The position numbers and the translations under genes were made by a program. The notes beneath the pieces are model-generated. The model was not told where the DNA came from and ran no database searches. It saw only the letters and a program-made list of their open reading frames with translations. DNA of 64,000 nucleotides, from contig MEDY01000033.1 in assembly GCA_001724265.1 (NCBI GenBank), forward strand, positions 124,001 to 188,000. The letters run 5' to 3'. How positions within the stretch are numbered: the first letter of the stretch is position 1; every line of letters starts with the position of its first letter. The stretch comes from Rhizaria sp. SCN 62-66. Its lineage: Eukaryota. This document shows positions 1 to 12,000 of the stretch, piece after piece.

Positions 1-3000
1 CCGCCAACCTTTAACGGTGATCCGCAGCCGCCTTCCGCAGCAGCAGCATTGCCCTCCGCTGCCAGCGTCAGCACCGCCAGCAACCCGACCGCCGCTGCCG
101 CCGCCGCTGCATCCCTGGCCGCGTCAGTTGCTGCCGCCGCTGCGGCCCCTGCTCCTGCGACCCGCGCGGCGGCTTCTACGTACGGCTCGCGACTCTTTGG
201 CCCCGCACTCCTCAGCAGCAGCGCCAGCAGCAGCAGCAGTCGCAATGGCAACGTCCCAACCTCCCTGCTTTCACAATCGACGAGCTCCAGCAGCCTCGGC
301 GCGAGCGCGAGCTTCCCCTTCGGATCCGGCGCAAGCGCTGCTCCCGCGACGCGCGCCGCTGCCGTCGCCGCCGCCGCCGCCCCCATGAACCTGAACGGCA
401 ACAACAGCTTTACCAGCAACACGAGAGCTCGCGATGACACCGCCAGCGCCAGCGCGGGGCCCGTGACCGCGGCGAGTATCGCGGCCGCCGCCGCCGCCGC
501 CGCGAACGCCGCGCTCGACGGCGTGCGTCTGCAGGCCGTCATGAGCGACGCCGAGTACAACAACGCCGTCCGCAGCGGTGGCCCCGCAGATGGTCTCGAC
601 GCCGCAGGCGCGGGCACGCCCGGCGTGAAGCGCGGCCGCGGCCGGCCCAAGGGCTCGGGGAGCAAGAACAAAGCGGTGCTGGACGCTAGCAGCGGCGACG
701 GTGGTTTTGCTAACGCCCGCGCGCCGGCCGCGTTCGGGGCCGTCATCTCGGCTACACACAGCAACAGCAGCAGCAGCAGCGGCAGTCGCGGCGGCAGGGG
801 CAGGGGCCGCGGGCGCGGACGCGGGCGCGGCAGTGCAGTCAGCGGACGCGGCGGCCGCGGTGGGAGTCCTGCCGCGGTGCGCGGCAACGTAAGTGTCAAG
901 AACCTCAGTCTGACGACTGGCGCTGCAGGGGGCCAGAACAGCTCTGGTGGCTACAATGGTGATGACGGCGATGATGACGACGATGACTACTTTGCTAACT
1001 CCGGCAACAACAGCTTTGGCGGCTATGGCGCTGGCGACGACGGCGACGACAACGAGGACGATGACGACGACGACGGCTTTGCCTCGCTCTTTGCTCTCGG
1101 TCAGAAGTACAGCGGGGGCGCCGCGGCGGGCAACACTCCCGGCGCTGCCGCCGGCGACGCTGAAGACGACGACGCCGCCGCGATCGCGGAGTACCGTGCG
1201 TTCCTCCGCGCTCACGGCCCCGCCAAGCCCGCTCTTACCGCGTCTGCGCCCGCGCCGTCGGGTAGGCGAAGCGCGGCGGCCAGCCTGCGGAGCCCGCTCT
1301 CCGCCCCCGGCGGCAGCGCCTTGGGTGGCGGCTCGTTCGACGCCGACGACGAATATGTCGATGACGACGGCGACGACGCGGCTGTGGGTGCGGTGTTCGA
1401 CGCCGACGCGTCGATGAACTGGCGCAAGAAGTGCCGCCACAGCGTGCGGCGCGCGCCCATGCCATACACATTACACCGCGTGCTGCTCATCGCCGACGTG
1501 GCCATCTCGGCCGGGCAGCTGGTGTCGGCCGCGGCGCTACTGCTGCTGCTCATCCGCAGCGGCCCGCACGTCGAGGCCTTCTACGAGCGGCTTGCGCGGG
1601 TGCAAACGCGCCAGGGACTCGCCGCCGCCGCCGTGGGGAGCCGGCTGCTCGCGCTCAGTCTGCAGCGCACCGTCGTGCTGCTGAAGCCGGACAAGCAGGA
1701 GCGCGCGCGCCTCTTCGCCGCGGGCGCCGCGGGCGGCATGAGCACGGCGCTAGAGCACGCGCAAGAACTGGAGCTGCTCGCTGGACAGTTTCAGCAGCAC
1801 GTGCGACTGCTGCAGCAGCTGTTACTTACCCCGCTGCCGGCCATCCCGTGGACTGAGACGCCAGCGTTGCAGTCACAGACACAGGCACAGGTGCAGCAGT
1901 CGCCGAGTGTGAAGGTCGAGCTGTTAAGCTTTGACGGCAGCAGCAACACCAGCAGCAGCAATAGTGTGAGCGCGAACGCCATCTCGAGCTTCGATGCCCA
2001 CGGCAGCGACATTGACAGTGACAGTGCTACCTCTTGCCGCACTGCTGATGCGTACTGCGGCGCCAGCCCCGTGAGCGGTGTGGGCGCGTTTGTGCCCAGT
2101 CTGGCGAGCCACCCGGTCACAGAGCACCCCGAGGACGCGCTGCCCGCGCGCCGCGGCGCCCCCGCGCAGCACGACACCAAGATGGCCGTTGTCACGGCGC
2201 TGCTGCTCGCGCGCGCCGCGCCCGTCCCCGCCGCGCTGCTCTACTTAGCCAACTCAAGCATTGCTGACGATAACCCAAACATCGACAATGCCAAGTCAAC
2301 GTCTCGCTTTCGTGGCGGTGCGCTAGTGCGCTTTCCGTACTCCGCGCCGCCCAGCAGCAGCGTCGTCCCGTTTCCGTGGCTGGCCTGCCGCGGCCTTTCA
2401 TTCCACCCATCGCAGTTTAAGGGCCTGGCCGTGATCTCCGCACCGCGCTCCCTCTCCGACGACCCGTTCCTGCCGTACATGTACTACCAGCCGACGTACC
2501 CGCGCCTCGCGCCGCGCCTCGCGCTCCCGCCCACGGTCCCGTTGCTCACGGTCACCGCGCCCGCGCTCGCCGCGAACATCACCGCGGCCGTTGCGCTGGT
2601 CAACGCGTACGCCGCAGCCGTCGCAGCCGAGCCCGGTGGCGCGGGACTGTGGAAAACGACGCGCGCGGGCATCAACCTGCTCGAGTGGTGCTCGCTGGGT
2701 GGCCGCGCGCGCGCGCTGGCGCTGTACGCGCAGGCCAACGCGAGCCTGGCCAAGGCCGGGCACTCGAGCATCGGCGGCCAGCTCACGGGCGCCGTCGCGG
2801 GGGCCATGAAGGGCCACTTGACGCTTGTGATGGCGCAGACGCTGTCCACCGCGGCGAGCGTGCTGGGCGACTCGAGCTCCACGCAGCGCTTGCTGTCGTA
2901 CCCCAACCTCTACAGCGTCGATGGCGGCGACAGCAACGCGAGCGCGAATGCGAGTGTGGGCAGCAACGGCGACGGGGTCGAGCGGCCGCCGTGGGCGCTG

Positions 3001-6000
3001 ACACTGTCTGCGCTGCGCAGCTTCCACGCGACGCTGGCCGCGACCGACGGACTGGCGCTCGTCACTCGCGCGACCGTGGGCGGCAGCACCGCGGGGGCCG
3101 AGGCCGTGGCGGCCGCGGCGTCGGCGGCCGCGCTGGTGGAGGAGGCGCGACAGGCCCGCTACGCGCCTAGTGTGACCAACGGCAGCGACTCCGTGACCAA
3201 CAGTGACGCCGGTGTGAGCAGCAGTAGCAGCAACAACAACTCGTTTGCTGAGTTTGTGAACACCAACAACAAGCCGGCGAGTGACAGCGCTGAGAGCGCT
3301 GCGAGTGTGCGAGCGACTGCAGCGGCCGCAATGGCTGCTGGCAGCGTGACAGGAGGAGTCTCCTTCAAGACTGTCGGCAAAGGCTGTGTTGAGGACCCAA
3401 CGGGGCTTGAAGCGCAGTTTGCCAGTGACGACGACAGCAACACGGACACGGACAGCGACTGCGAGAGCAACGACGAATCCGACTCTATTTTCCCAACAAC
3501 TGTTGACCTCAACGAAACCAACAGTAGTCGCACCAGCAGCAGCAGCAGCGATGCCTCAGGAACTAGACGCCCTGCCGCACCTGCTGCGAGTGCCGCCGCC
3601 GCCTACACGCCAGTGTGCCCGGCCCCACCCCCGTTCCCGCCGAGCCAGGAGCCTCTGTGGGCGCACATCACGCAGTGGTCACCGGCGCCGCTCGCGGAGC
3701 TCTGGCTGCGGCGGCGCGCGCTGGTGGCGGCCGAGGTGGACCGCATGCGCGAGACGCGCTCGCGCCACGCGCGCTGGGCGCTCTTCACGCGGCGCCGCCA
3801 GACGGCCACGGCCGCCCTCAAGGCCGCCGCGGAGGCCGCCGCGGCCGAGGCCACCGAGGCTGCGGACGAGCTCAAGCGCGCCAAGGAGGAGCAGCGGCAC
3901 GCGCTCGCCGAGTACGGCCTCGTGTCAGACAGCACGAGCGACAGCACGGGCGTCGTGGCCAAGGCCAAGCGGGCCGCCGCCGCGGCGGGCACCAAGGCGG
4001 ACAGGGCGGGCAACAAGAGCGCGACGCTCGCGACGGCTGCGGCGGTCGCGGCCAGTGCGTTTGTCGCCGCTGTCAAGGCGTACCGTGAGGCCGCGGTGAT
4101 GCCCCTGCCAGTCAGCGTGCACGCGCGCACGCTTGCAACGAGCAATGGCTTTGCGAACAGTCGCACTGCGGGGTCAAAGTCGGACTGCGGCCTAGCTTCT
4201 GCCGCGCTCGAATTCGACAACGCGCCGTTGACTGGCGGCCGGTACAATCTCTACGGATACTGGGTGCCGAACGACGACGACGCTCTTGTTAACGGCTCTC
4301 ACAGCAGCAGTAGCTCCAGTTCGAGCTCGAGTTCGAGCTCGAACGCGACTGCTTTAGTTGATACCGCTCATACTTCGAGCAACAACGCGCTGAGCGCCGC
4401 GCTCGCCGCGGGCGACGCCCTGACCGACGCGCGCTACGCGGCGTCGCTGCGCATGTCGACCGACTGGCTGGCCGCCGACGCGGCCGTGGCGGCCCCCGCG
4501 TCCATCTCGGCCGTCGCGCGCTCGCCTTACGCCATGGGCGGCGTGCTGCAGGCCGCGGCGCAGCTTGCAGGCGTGTGGCTGCGCTGGCGGCGCCAGGCCG
4601 TGCCGAGCGTGACCGCAGACTCGGTGGCAAGGTTCAACTGCACCGGCGCCACGCAGGCCGCGGCCGCGGCGGCTGCGGCGGCCGCGGCGGCGGGTGGCGA
4701 GGTCGACCCCGGGCTGGTCGCGGAGGCCGAGGCGGAGAGTGCGGTTACGATGGCGACCGCTGGCGTGTGGGGACACGGCGCGCTGTCAGCACACGCACTT
4801 GATGCGTGCGCTTATCAAGGCCACTCAAGCGTTGACGATGTCGACGACTCCCATGACGGCAGCGACTGCAATAAACATGGTCATCAAGCGTCGCACGACT
4901 GCGGCTGCCTGTGCCCGACGCACGCCACCGCTGCGGTCGCCTCAGCCGCCCCCGCGCACTCACACTGCCGCCAAGCGCACTGCCGGCTGCACGCGCACCT
5001 GCTGCCGCACCTGCGCCGCCACGCGCCGCTGGCGCTGCTGGCGCCGCCGCCGTCGTACCCGGCGCTCTGGTCCACCGCCGTCGGCGGCAAGCTGGGGTCG
5101 TACCTCAACGCCGAGCTCGCGCAACTCGCGTTTAAGTACAAGACTCGCAACAACGGCAACGTTCAGGCGAACGCGTCGAGCGCGAGTGTTGGTGCAAGCG
5201 CCGATGCACGTGCGGATGGCGGAGTCGCGAGCCTTCTTGGCGGTGCTGCAGCGTCCTCCAGTGACAACAGCAGCTACCCTCTCCCTAACGTGCCCCCAGT
5301 TCCCCTTCCGACGCCGCTCTCGCTGGAGCTGCTCGAGGAGGCTCTCGCGGGCGCGCTGGCCACGGTCCCGCCGCGCTCGCTCGCCGCCGTGACCGTGGGC
5401 AACGGCGCCGGCGGGGCCGACGCCGGGCTCGGGGAGGCGCTGTGCCAGGCGAGGGACTTGTGGCGCAGAGTCAGGCGGAACCAAAGTCGGGCCGCGTCCG
5501 CGACAGCCGCGGAGTCAATGCGTGACACCAGCGACGATGGTGATGACGAGACTGAGTCTTACCGTGCAAGCGGTATGAGTTTGAACTCCGAACGCATGAG
5601 CAAGACCCGGAGTAAGCGTGGGCGCAAGAGTCTAGACAGCGGCGTTGCGTGGCACCCGCGAGTTGCGCTTGTAATTCGCGCCATTGCGACAATCTGCGCG
5701 CGTGTGGACGCGGTCGCGAAGCTCTGCGATGCTGTCGTGAAATCCGAGTCTGCGGCTGAGATCAGCTATCAAGCGTGCGGTGGAGAGTGCAATTCCAACA
5801 GCCGCGCTCACAGTTGTGATCACGATCGTACCCACACTCGTTCTCCCTCCGGCTCATCAAACGGTCTTGTCACTGCTGAGTCTGCTCTTGCGTCAATGTA
5901 CCTGTGCGATAGTGATGTCGAAAACGGGAGTTGCAACTATACCAGTGATCGTGATGTGTCGACGAATGATGGGAACAACAATGGATTTGCAATGGCGTTT

Positions 6001-9000
6001 TCATTTCCTTATCCGTTGCATCCACCTTCTCCTGTCCACTCATACTTGCGCTTGCCTCACGTTTGGATCGCTGCCGCAGCGCATACGCTTCACTCAGCGC
6101 GCGTACAATCACTGCAGCTCGCGCATGCGCTCTCCAAGAACACGAGCGAAGTGATCCAGAACAGGGCAAGTACATTTGTCGGATCGTGGCTTGATACGCA
6201 GCAGACTTCAATTACGCGCACTGGTTCTTCGCCATGCGGCCTAGCATTGAAAGACATTGCTGTTGTGAGCCCTGAAGTTGGTGCCGCGCGGCGAATCGCG
6301 CTGCTGCGTTCCTCCGTGTTTGCCGTTGGCTACGGCAACAACGCATGCTTTTGTGGTGCTGGTGACAAGATGAAGCGTGAGGTGCAGAAGCTACAACACG
6401 AGCTGCAACAACTGCAGCAACAGCTGAAGGAATGCCGCTGCACATTATACTGCAAATGTGGTGCTGTTGAGTGTCAGTGCTTCTACAGTTGCAAATGCCC
6501 TGTTGCAAAATCACCTCGCGCAGTGCAACAACAGTTGCTGCTTCAGCAGCACAAGCAAAAGCTGCGGGAGCTGTTGCGCGAGTCGAAGTGTCATGCTGCA
6601 CTCTGCAAGCGCCGCAGTCGTTGGGGCGCGAGCGACGAGTACGGCTACGTCATGGCTGCTGAGTCGGCGTATCTGAGCGCCACGGTCACTTCTGCGCCCA
6701 CAGCCGCCGACGGCGACGACGATGACGAAGAAGGTGGCAAGCGCAAACACGCGGCTGCGCGCAAGATCAACAAGAAGACGTTGATGAAGAACGCGCCGCC
6801 TCTCCGTGGCGCGAACAGTGCGACCAAGACAGCCGCTGCTTTGGCTGCGGCTACAGGTGGGGAGGCTGGCGACAATGACGGCGACGACAACGAAGACGAC
6901 GGCGACGATGACGATGCTGATGAACAAGAAGACGATGAGGAAGAGGACGACGATGACAATGACGAAGACGGTGGAAATGTCGACACGCCTCGCCGTCGGC
7001 GCGTCCGGACACCCGCTGGCAACACACCCGCCCCTGCGTCTGCCTCCGCGATATCGTCCGCCGCCGCGACTGGCGCCGGCGATGGGCTCGGGTTGAGTGG
7101 CAGTCGTGGAAACGCTAAGCCGGAGCCGATGCAGCGCCCTGACTTCCTGGCGCCGGCGCACTACTCGCTGCCGCTGCTCCCGAGTCCGCTGTGGACGGCG
7201 CCGTCGCCGGCAGCGCTGTCGTGGCTGTCTCTACGGCTGCGCGCGCTGCTGGCGCCGCTGCTGCTCGACATTGCGGACGACGACGACAGCGACAGCGATT
7301 ATGACTGTGATGACAATGACAACGAGGACAACTCCTTTGGTGAGCACGCGCATACCGCACAGCCCCAGAGTGCGATCGCGTTCTTGCCCCCGCATCCGAC
7401 CGATGTCGACGTCGTTCACGGCTGCACTCTGATGCCGCTGCGCCGTGCCACGCGGTATTTGCTCTCTTGCCCGTCGCTGCGCTCAGCCGACGCGGCCGCT
7501 GCAGTCGTGCTGCGTTCCGCTCTCGCCGTTGCTGGTCAGACCTGTCCTGTTGCTGACGCTGCGTCAAGCGCGAACGGTGCCCACAGCAGTGACGTCGCCG
7601 GCAGTGACGCCAATCAAGGTGAGAATTGCGCCGCTACTGCTCCGGCCTGGCTGCTTGCTCAAGAGACACCTCAAGCCGCTGCAGCTGCAGCTGCACGCCG
7701 CCGTGCGCGCCTAATGAAACAAATCGCCTCTGCACGTTCCCGTGGCGGCCGGAAGTTAAGCCGCACTTTGGTGACGCAACTGTTTTCTCTTGAAGCATTG
7801 CCTGCGTCACCGCGCTTCCACTTCCCCATGCCGTATGTCCACTCTGCTTTGTTCCTTTCGCTGCCGCAGCTGCCTGGGCTGAAGCCCGACCATGTCCCGC
7901 CCCCTCTCACTCTTGCAGCTACGAACAAGCCCTCATCCGCCTCTACTGGTGGGTTCAGCACCGGCTTTGCGTGGGACTCGCTCGTTCTACGCGTCACCGC
8001 GTTGCCGCTGCCGGTCCAGCCCTCGTTGCTGCAGCCGTCGCCGCTGCGGCCGGCCCCCGTGCGCGCGTTGACCCGGCTCATGGGGCCCGTCGACGACACG
8101 GGCGTGCCCGCGGTGTGGAACCAGGACGACGACGACCTGGACGGTGGCGACGACGACGGCGGTGACGACGAGAACGACGATGACGATGGCTACACGGCAA
8201 GCAAAGACGCTACCAAGACGGGGCGCGACGCAGCAGCCAACGGCGGCGTCAGCGGGCGCGGCGCCGCGTGGCTGTCCGGCGTCGGCGGCGCGGGCGATGG
8301 CATTGTGCCCGTTGCCGACACGGTGTACAAGAGCGCGATCGCGCTGCATAGAAAGCTCGTGCGCGACGGCTTGTTGTCAGATGAGACGCATGTGGCCATG
8401 TGGGGCTCGTCTTTAAATCCCGACAACAACGCGGACAGCGATAATGAGGACGAAGACGAGGACGGTGAGGACGCAGGCAAGACTGCTGACCGCGACTCGG
8501 ACGTGCGTCGTCCTCTGCACACTCTTTCCTCTGTTGCCACCGCGCCCTTGCTCGCGCTCTACAGCGTCACTGCACCGATCATCGCCAACACTGGCGCGTT
8601 CTACATCCCCGGCCGCGCCGGTGCAGGCCCGCCCGCGTGCCGCGCGCCGCCTCAGTCGCCAGCGCTCACGGCTACGCTTGCGCTGACGCTGCTCGCGCGC
8701 GGGTGCGTGGCTGCCGGCGCGGCGGCGCGGGCGCTGATGGCGCTCCAGCTGCGCGCGGTGGCGGCGCTCGCGGTCGTGCGCGAGTGGGAGCAGGAGGGCT
8801 GGCCGGTGACAATGACGAAAAACTGCGACGGGAGCAACGGCAATGTGAATCAGGGTGTCTACGTTGGCGACATCACTCCTCTTAATACCGACAACACGAA
8901 GAGCAAGTCAACTGCTGATGCTTTTTTGCCTCACAATGTTGGCGCTGTTAGCATTGTTAGGCCTCTTGGTCAACCCCACGAGGCATTGTTCGCAGTTCAA

Positions 9001-12000
9001 TCCCGCAGCGACGGGGAGTCGTCGCAGGTGACGGTCACGCCGTCTGTCACTCTGACTGCAACGCTTTCACTCCTTGCAGCGGTGCGTGCACAGAAGGACA
9101 TGATTCTGCAGTCGCGTATCTGGCGCATGCCTGATCCCAGCGCTTTCACGCCAAACACCAACGTTGCTGACAAATGTGACTCTGACCGCTCGCTGTCTAG
9201 TGAAAGTGGTGGGAACGCGTCTGCTGGTTGCGATGCTTCGAATGCAAACACGGGCGATAATGGTGTAATTGCGCACGCAGACCCAGACTATTCGTTTTTC
9301 ACTAACCCGACATTTGCCAACAACCCCCTTGTCTACACGTTCATCTCGGACTCGAACACCGCCGCAGACACTGCGAACGATGCGTTGAATCCCAATGCCA
9401 CCGTCACGGACCGCTACGCTCCGTTCGGCCCCGGAATTGCGCCCACCGCGGCCTACACTGCCGCCGCCGCGCACGAGTCCGTGATGCGCGCCGGTCGTGC
9501 GCTACTGTTGCACAGGCTCACGCTGCTGGTCGCGATCGAGAAGGACTGTCTGTGGGCGCTGGAGGCCGAGGCTGCGGCGGCCAAGCTGTCGGTCGCGCTC
9601 GCGGCTGAAGTTGAGGCTGCTGTCGCCGAGGAGCAACAGCAAGAACAAGTGCACAAGGTTCAAACTGAAGTGTCGGAGTCGAGTGCATCTGCGAGCGCAT
9701 CTGCAGTAAATGCATCATCAGGCGACAGTAGTGCTGCCCAAAAGGTAACAGTGATGAGCTTGATCAATGCAGTGGTGCCGAAGAATATGCGTTCCTCATC
9801 ACCTTCGTTGCTTTCATGGTCCGACGAGGACGATGGTGAGTACATGAGTGCTCCCTACGCCGGGGTACTTACTCGGATGTTCCGCCGCGTCTACCTGCCC
9901 TTTTCCCTAGTCACGCCAGGCGTGCCCACAGTCACTCCGTTGCTCGGTTTCGACAGTGGCGACAGTGGCTATTCATCGTCACGGGCAATGCGAACTCATA
10001 CTGTTGCGCGTGTGTGGCGGCGCCTGCCTGTCGGATTGCTTCCGTATGTCGCTCCTCTTCCGCATGCACTTGCTACTGCGCTTGCGAGCTTTCAGTCGGC
10101 ACAGCGCCATGATGGCACAACTGCACATGTGTCTGCCTTTTCATCGAAGCCGTACTTGGCCGCGCGCCGGCTGCGTGTTCTCAGCACTCTCGCGTGGGCG
10201 CGCCAAGTCCCCTCGCCAGCGCCTACTTTGCAGTCACTTGCAAACGGCAACGCGAGCCCTCGTCCAAGCACACAGTCGCAGTGGCTCGGCCCGTCGTCCC
10301 CTCTTGTGACTGGGGAGTCCGCAGTGTCCCTGTGTCTGCATCTGTCGCCGCGCGTTTGGGACGCGCAGGCTCTGCATTTGCTCTTGCCCACGGTTACCCC
10401 GCGCGACAACAACGCGGCAAATCCTGACACTGATACAGTCGTCGTTGGCTCTGCCGAGCCCGTCCTCAGCCCGAGCGACCGTGACGCTGCCGCAGCGGTG
10501 CGTACGTGCCGCGATCTGCTCACCGAGCGCCCCACTGCGCTGCTAAAGCGAGTGCTCTTTGCAGACGGCCTTCAGTTTGCCTGGCAGGCACTCGCGGCAT
10601 CCAACGCTGACTTGCCGCAGAACGCGCCTTTTTTTGCCCCCGCATCTGCGCCTGTACCCGCGGACTGGCGTCCCGAGCCGTGTAAGTGGTCCGACCCCTT
10701 AGCCGGTGCGCCCACCATGGCCGCCGCCGCAGCTAGCGCGCGACGCGACCTCTATATGACGCAGGCGCGGTGGGCGCTGGAACGCGTCGCGCTTGAGACC
10801 GCGTATCTGCGCGCAGTCGCGGCGTCGGCGACGGTCGGCAGCGGTGCGGGCACTATTGGTGCCGGCGCCGCCGTCACTGTGGGCTCCGGCGTGGGCACCG
10901 CAGGCGGGGGCGCTGGGCTCTGGGGTGATATTGTTGAGGCGATGCTCGCGTTAATGCAGATGATGGGGAGCGCAAGCGAAATTAACTCTAGTGTGGATAG
11001 TATTGTTCCTTCGGTGTCTTATGACGATATGAACGAACTCAGCAGTCAGCCGACGCTGATGTCTCTGCCGTACTTGCTCACGTCACCTCACGGCGCGACA
11101 TTATCGCAGCAGCACCGCGAGTCTCTTGTCGCCGCTGCAATTTCACACTTCTTGGGGACTGCTGAAGTTGCGCTCGTGGGTACAGCCGTCAACTTAACTA
11201 CTCCGCGCCACAGTATTGCGAGCAATGGCGACGGCACCAGGTTTACACGCAATGGAAGTAATTACTTGTCGAATCTCTCTGAGTTTATGACATCAGCGAC
11301 TGGAGCACTGGGTCCAGAGGCTTTGCGTGCATTGTCGGCTATTGAGGTGAATCCACTATGCCGACCGTTTACTGACCGAGACGATGGTATCGCTCATGAC
11401 CACTACGGTCAAAGGGACACATCCGCGCTTTCCGTTGAAAACGTCACTTGTGCGCTCACGACCGCCGGACTCTGGCTCTGTCGGGGCAGTTGCGGTGACG
11501 GCAACGACAGCGAGAGCAACACGAGTGCCAGTGGCACATCAGCGAAGTCCAGTGCGGCCGCTGTTGCCACTAGTGGCGCATGCTCAGTATTCTCGGCGAG
11601 TTTTGCTGTGTATAACCCGTTGTCATGGGCTCCGGCAGCAGCATTGCTCGTGCAGCTGCCTGTGCTTTCGAAAACACGCACAACGCGCGCCTCTGTCTCG
11701 CTCGAGAGCACTGCAGCTAGCCACGGGTTTGTCCCCCTTGTCATCCCTGCTACGCGTACCTCCGCCACTGTCTGGTGGCCGCCGCTGCCGCCCGCGGTGA
11801 CAGGCGTAGAAGATGGTGCCAAACGCACTGGAAGTGATGCGTTTGTGCACAACCGTGCTAGCAGTGCTCAGATCACCGCGATTGTTGCCGCTGCCGCCGA
11901 CCTCTATCTTTCTCCTGCAACGCAGAGCAGCCATCTCAGTGGCTCCGTTACACTGAGTCAGATTGTACGGTCACCACTGCACTCAGCATGGCTCCGCCGT

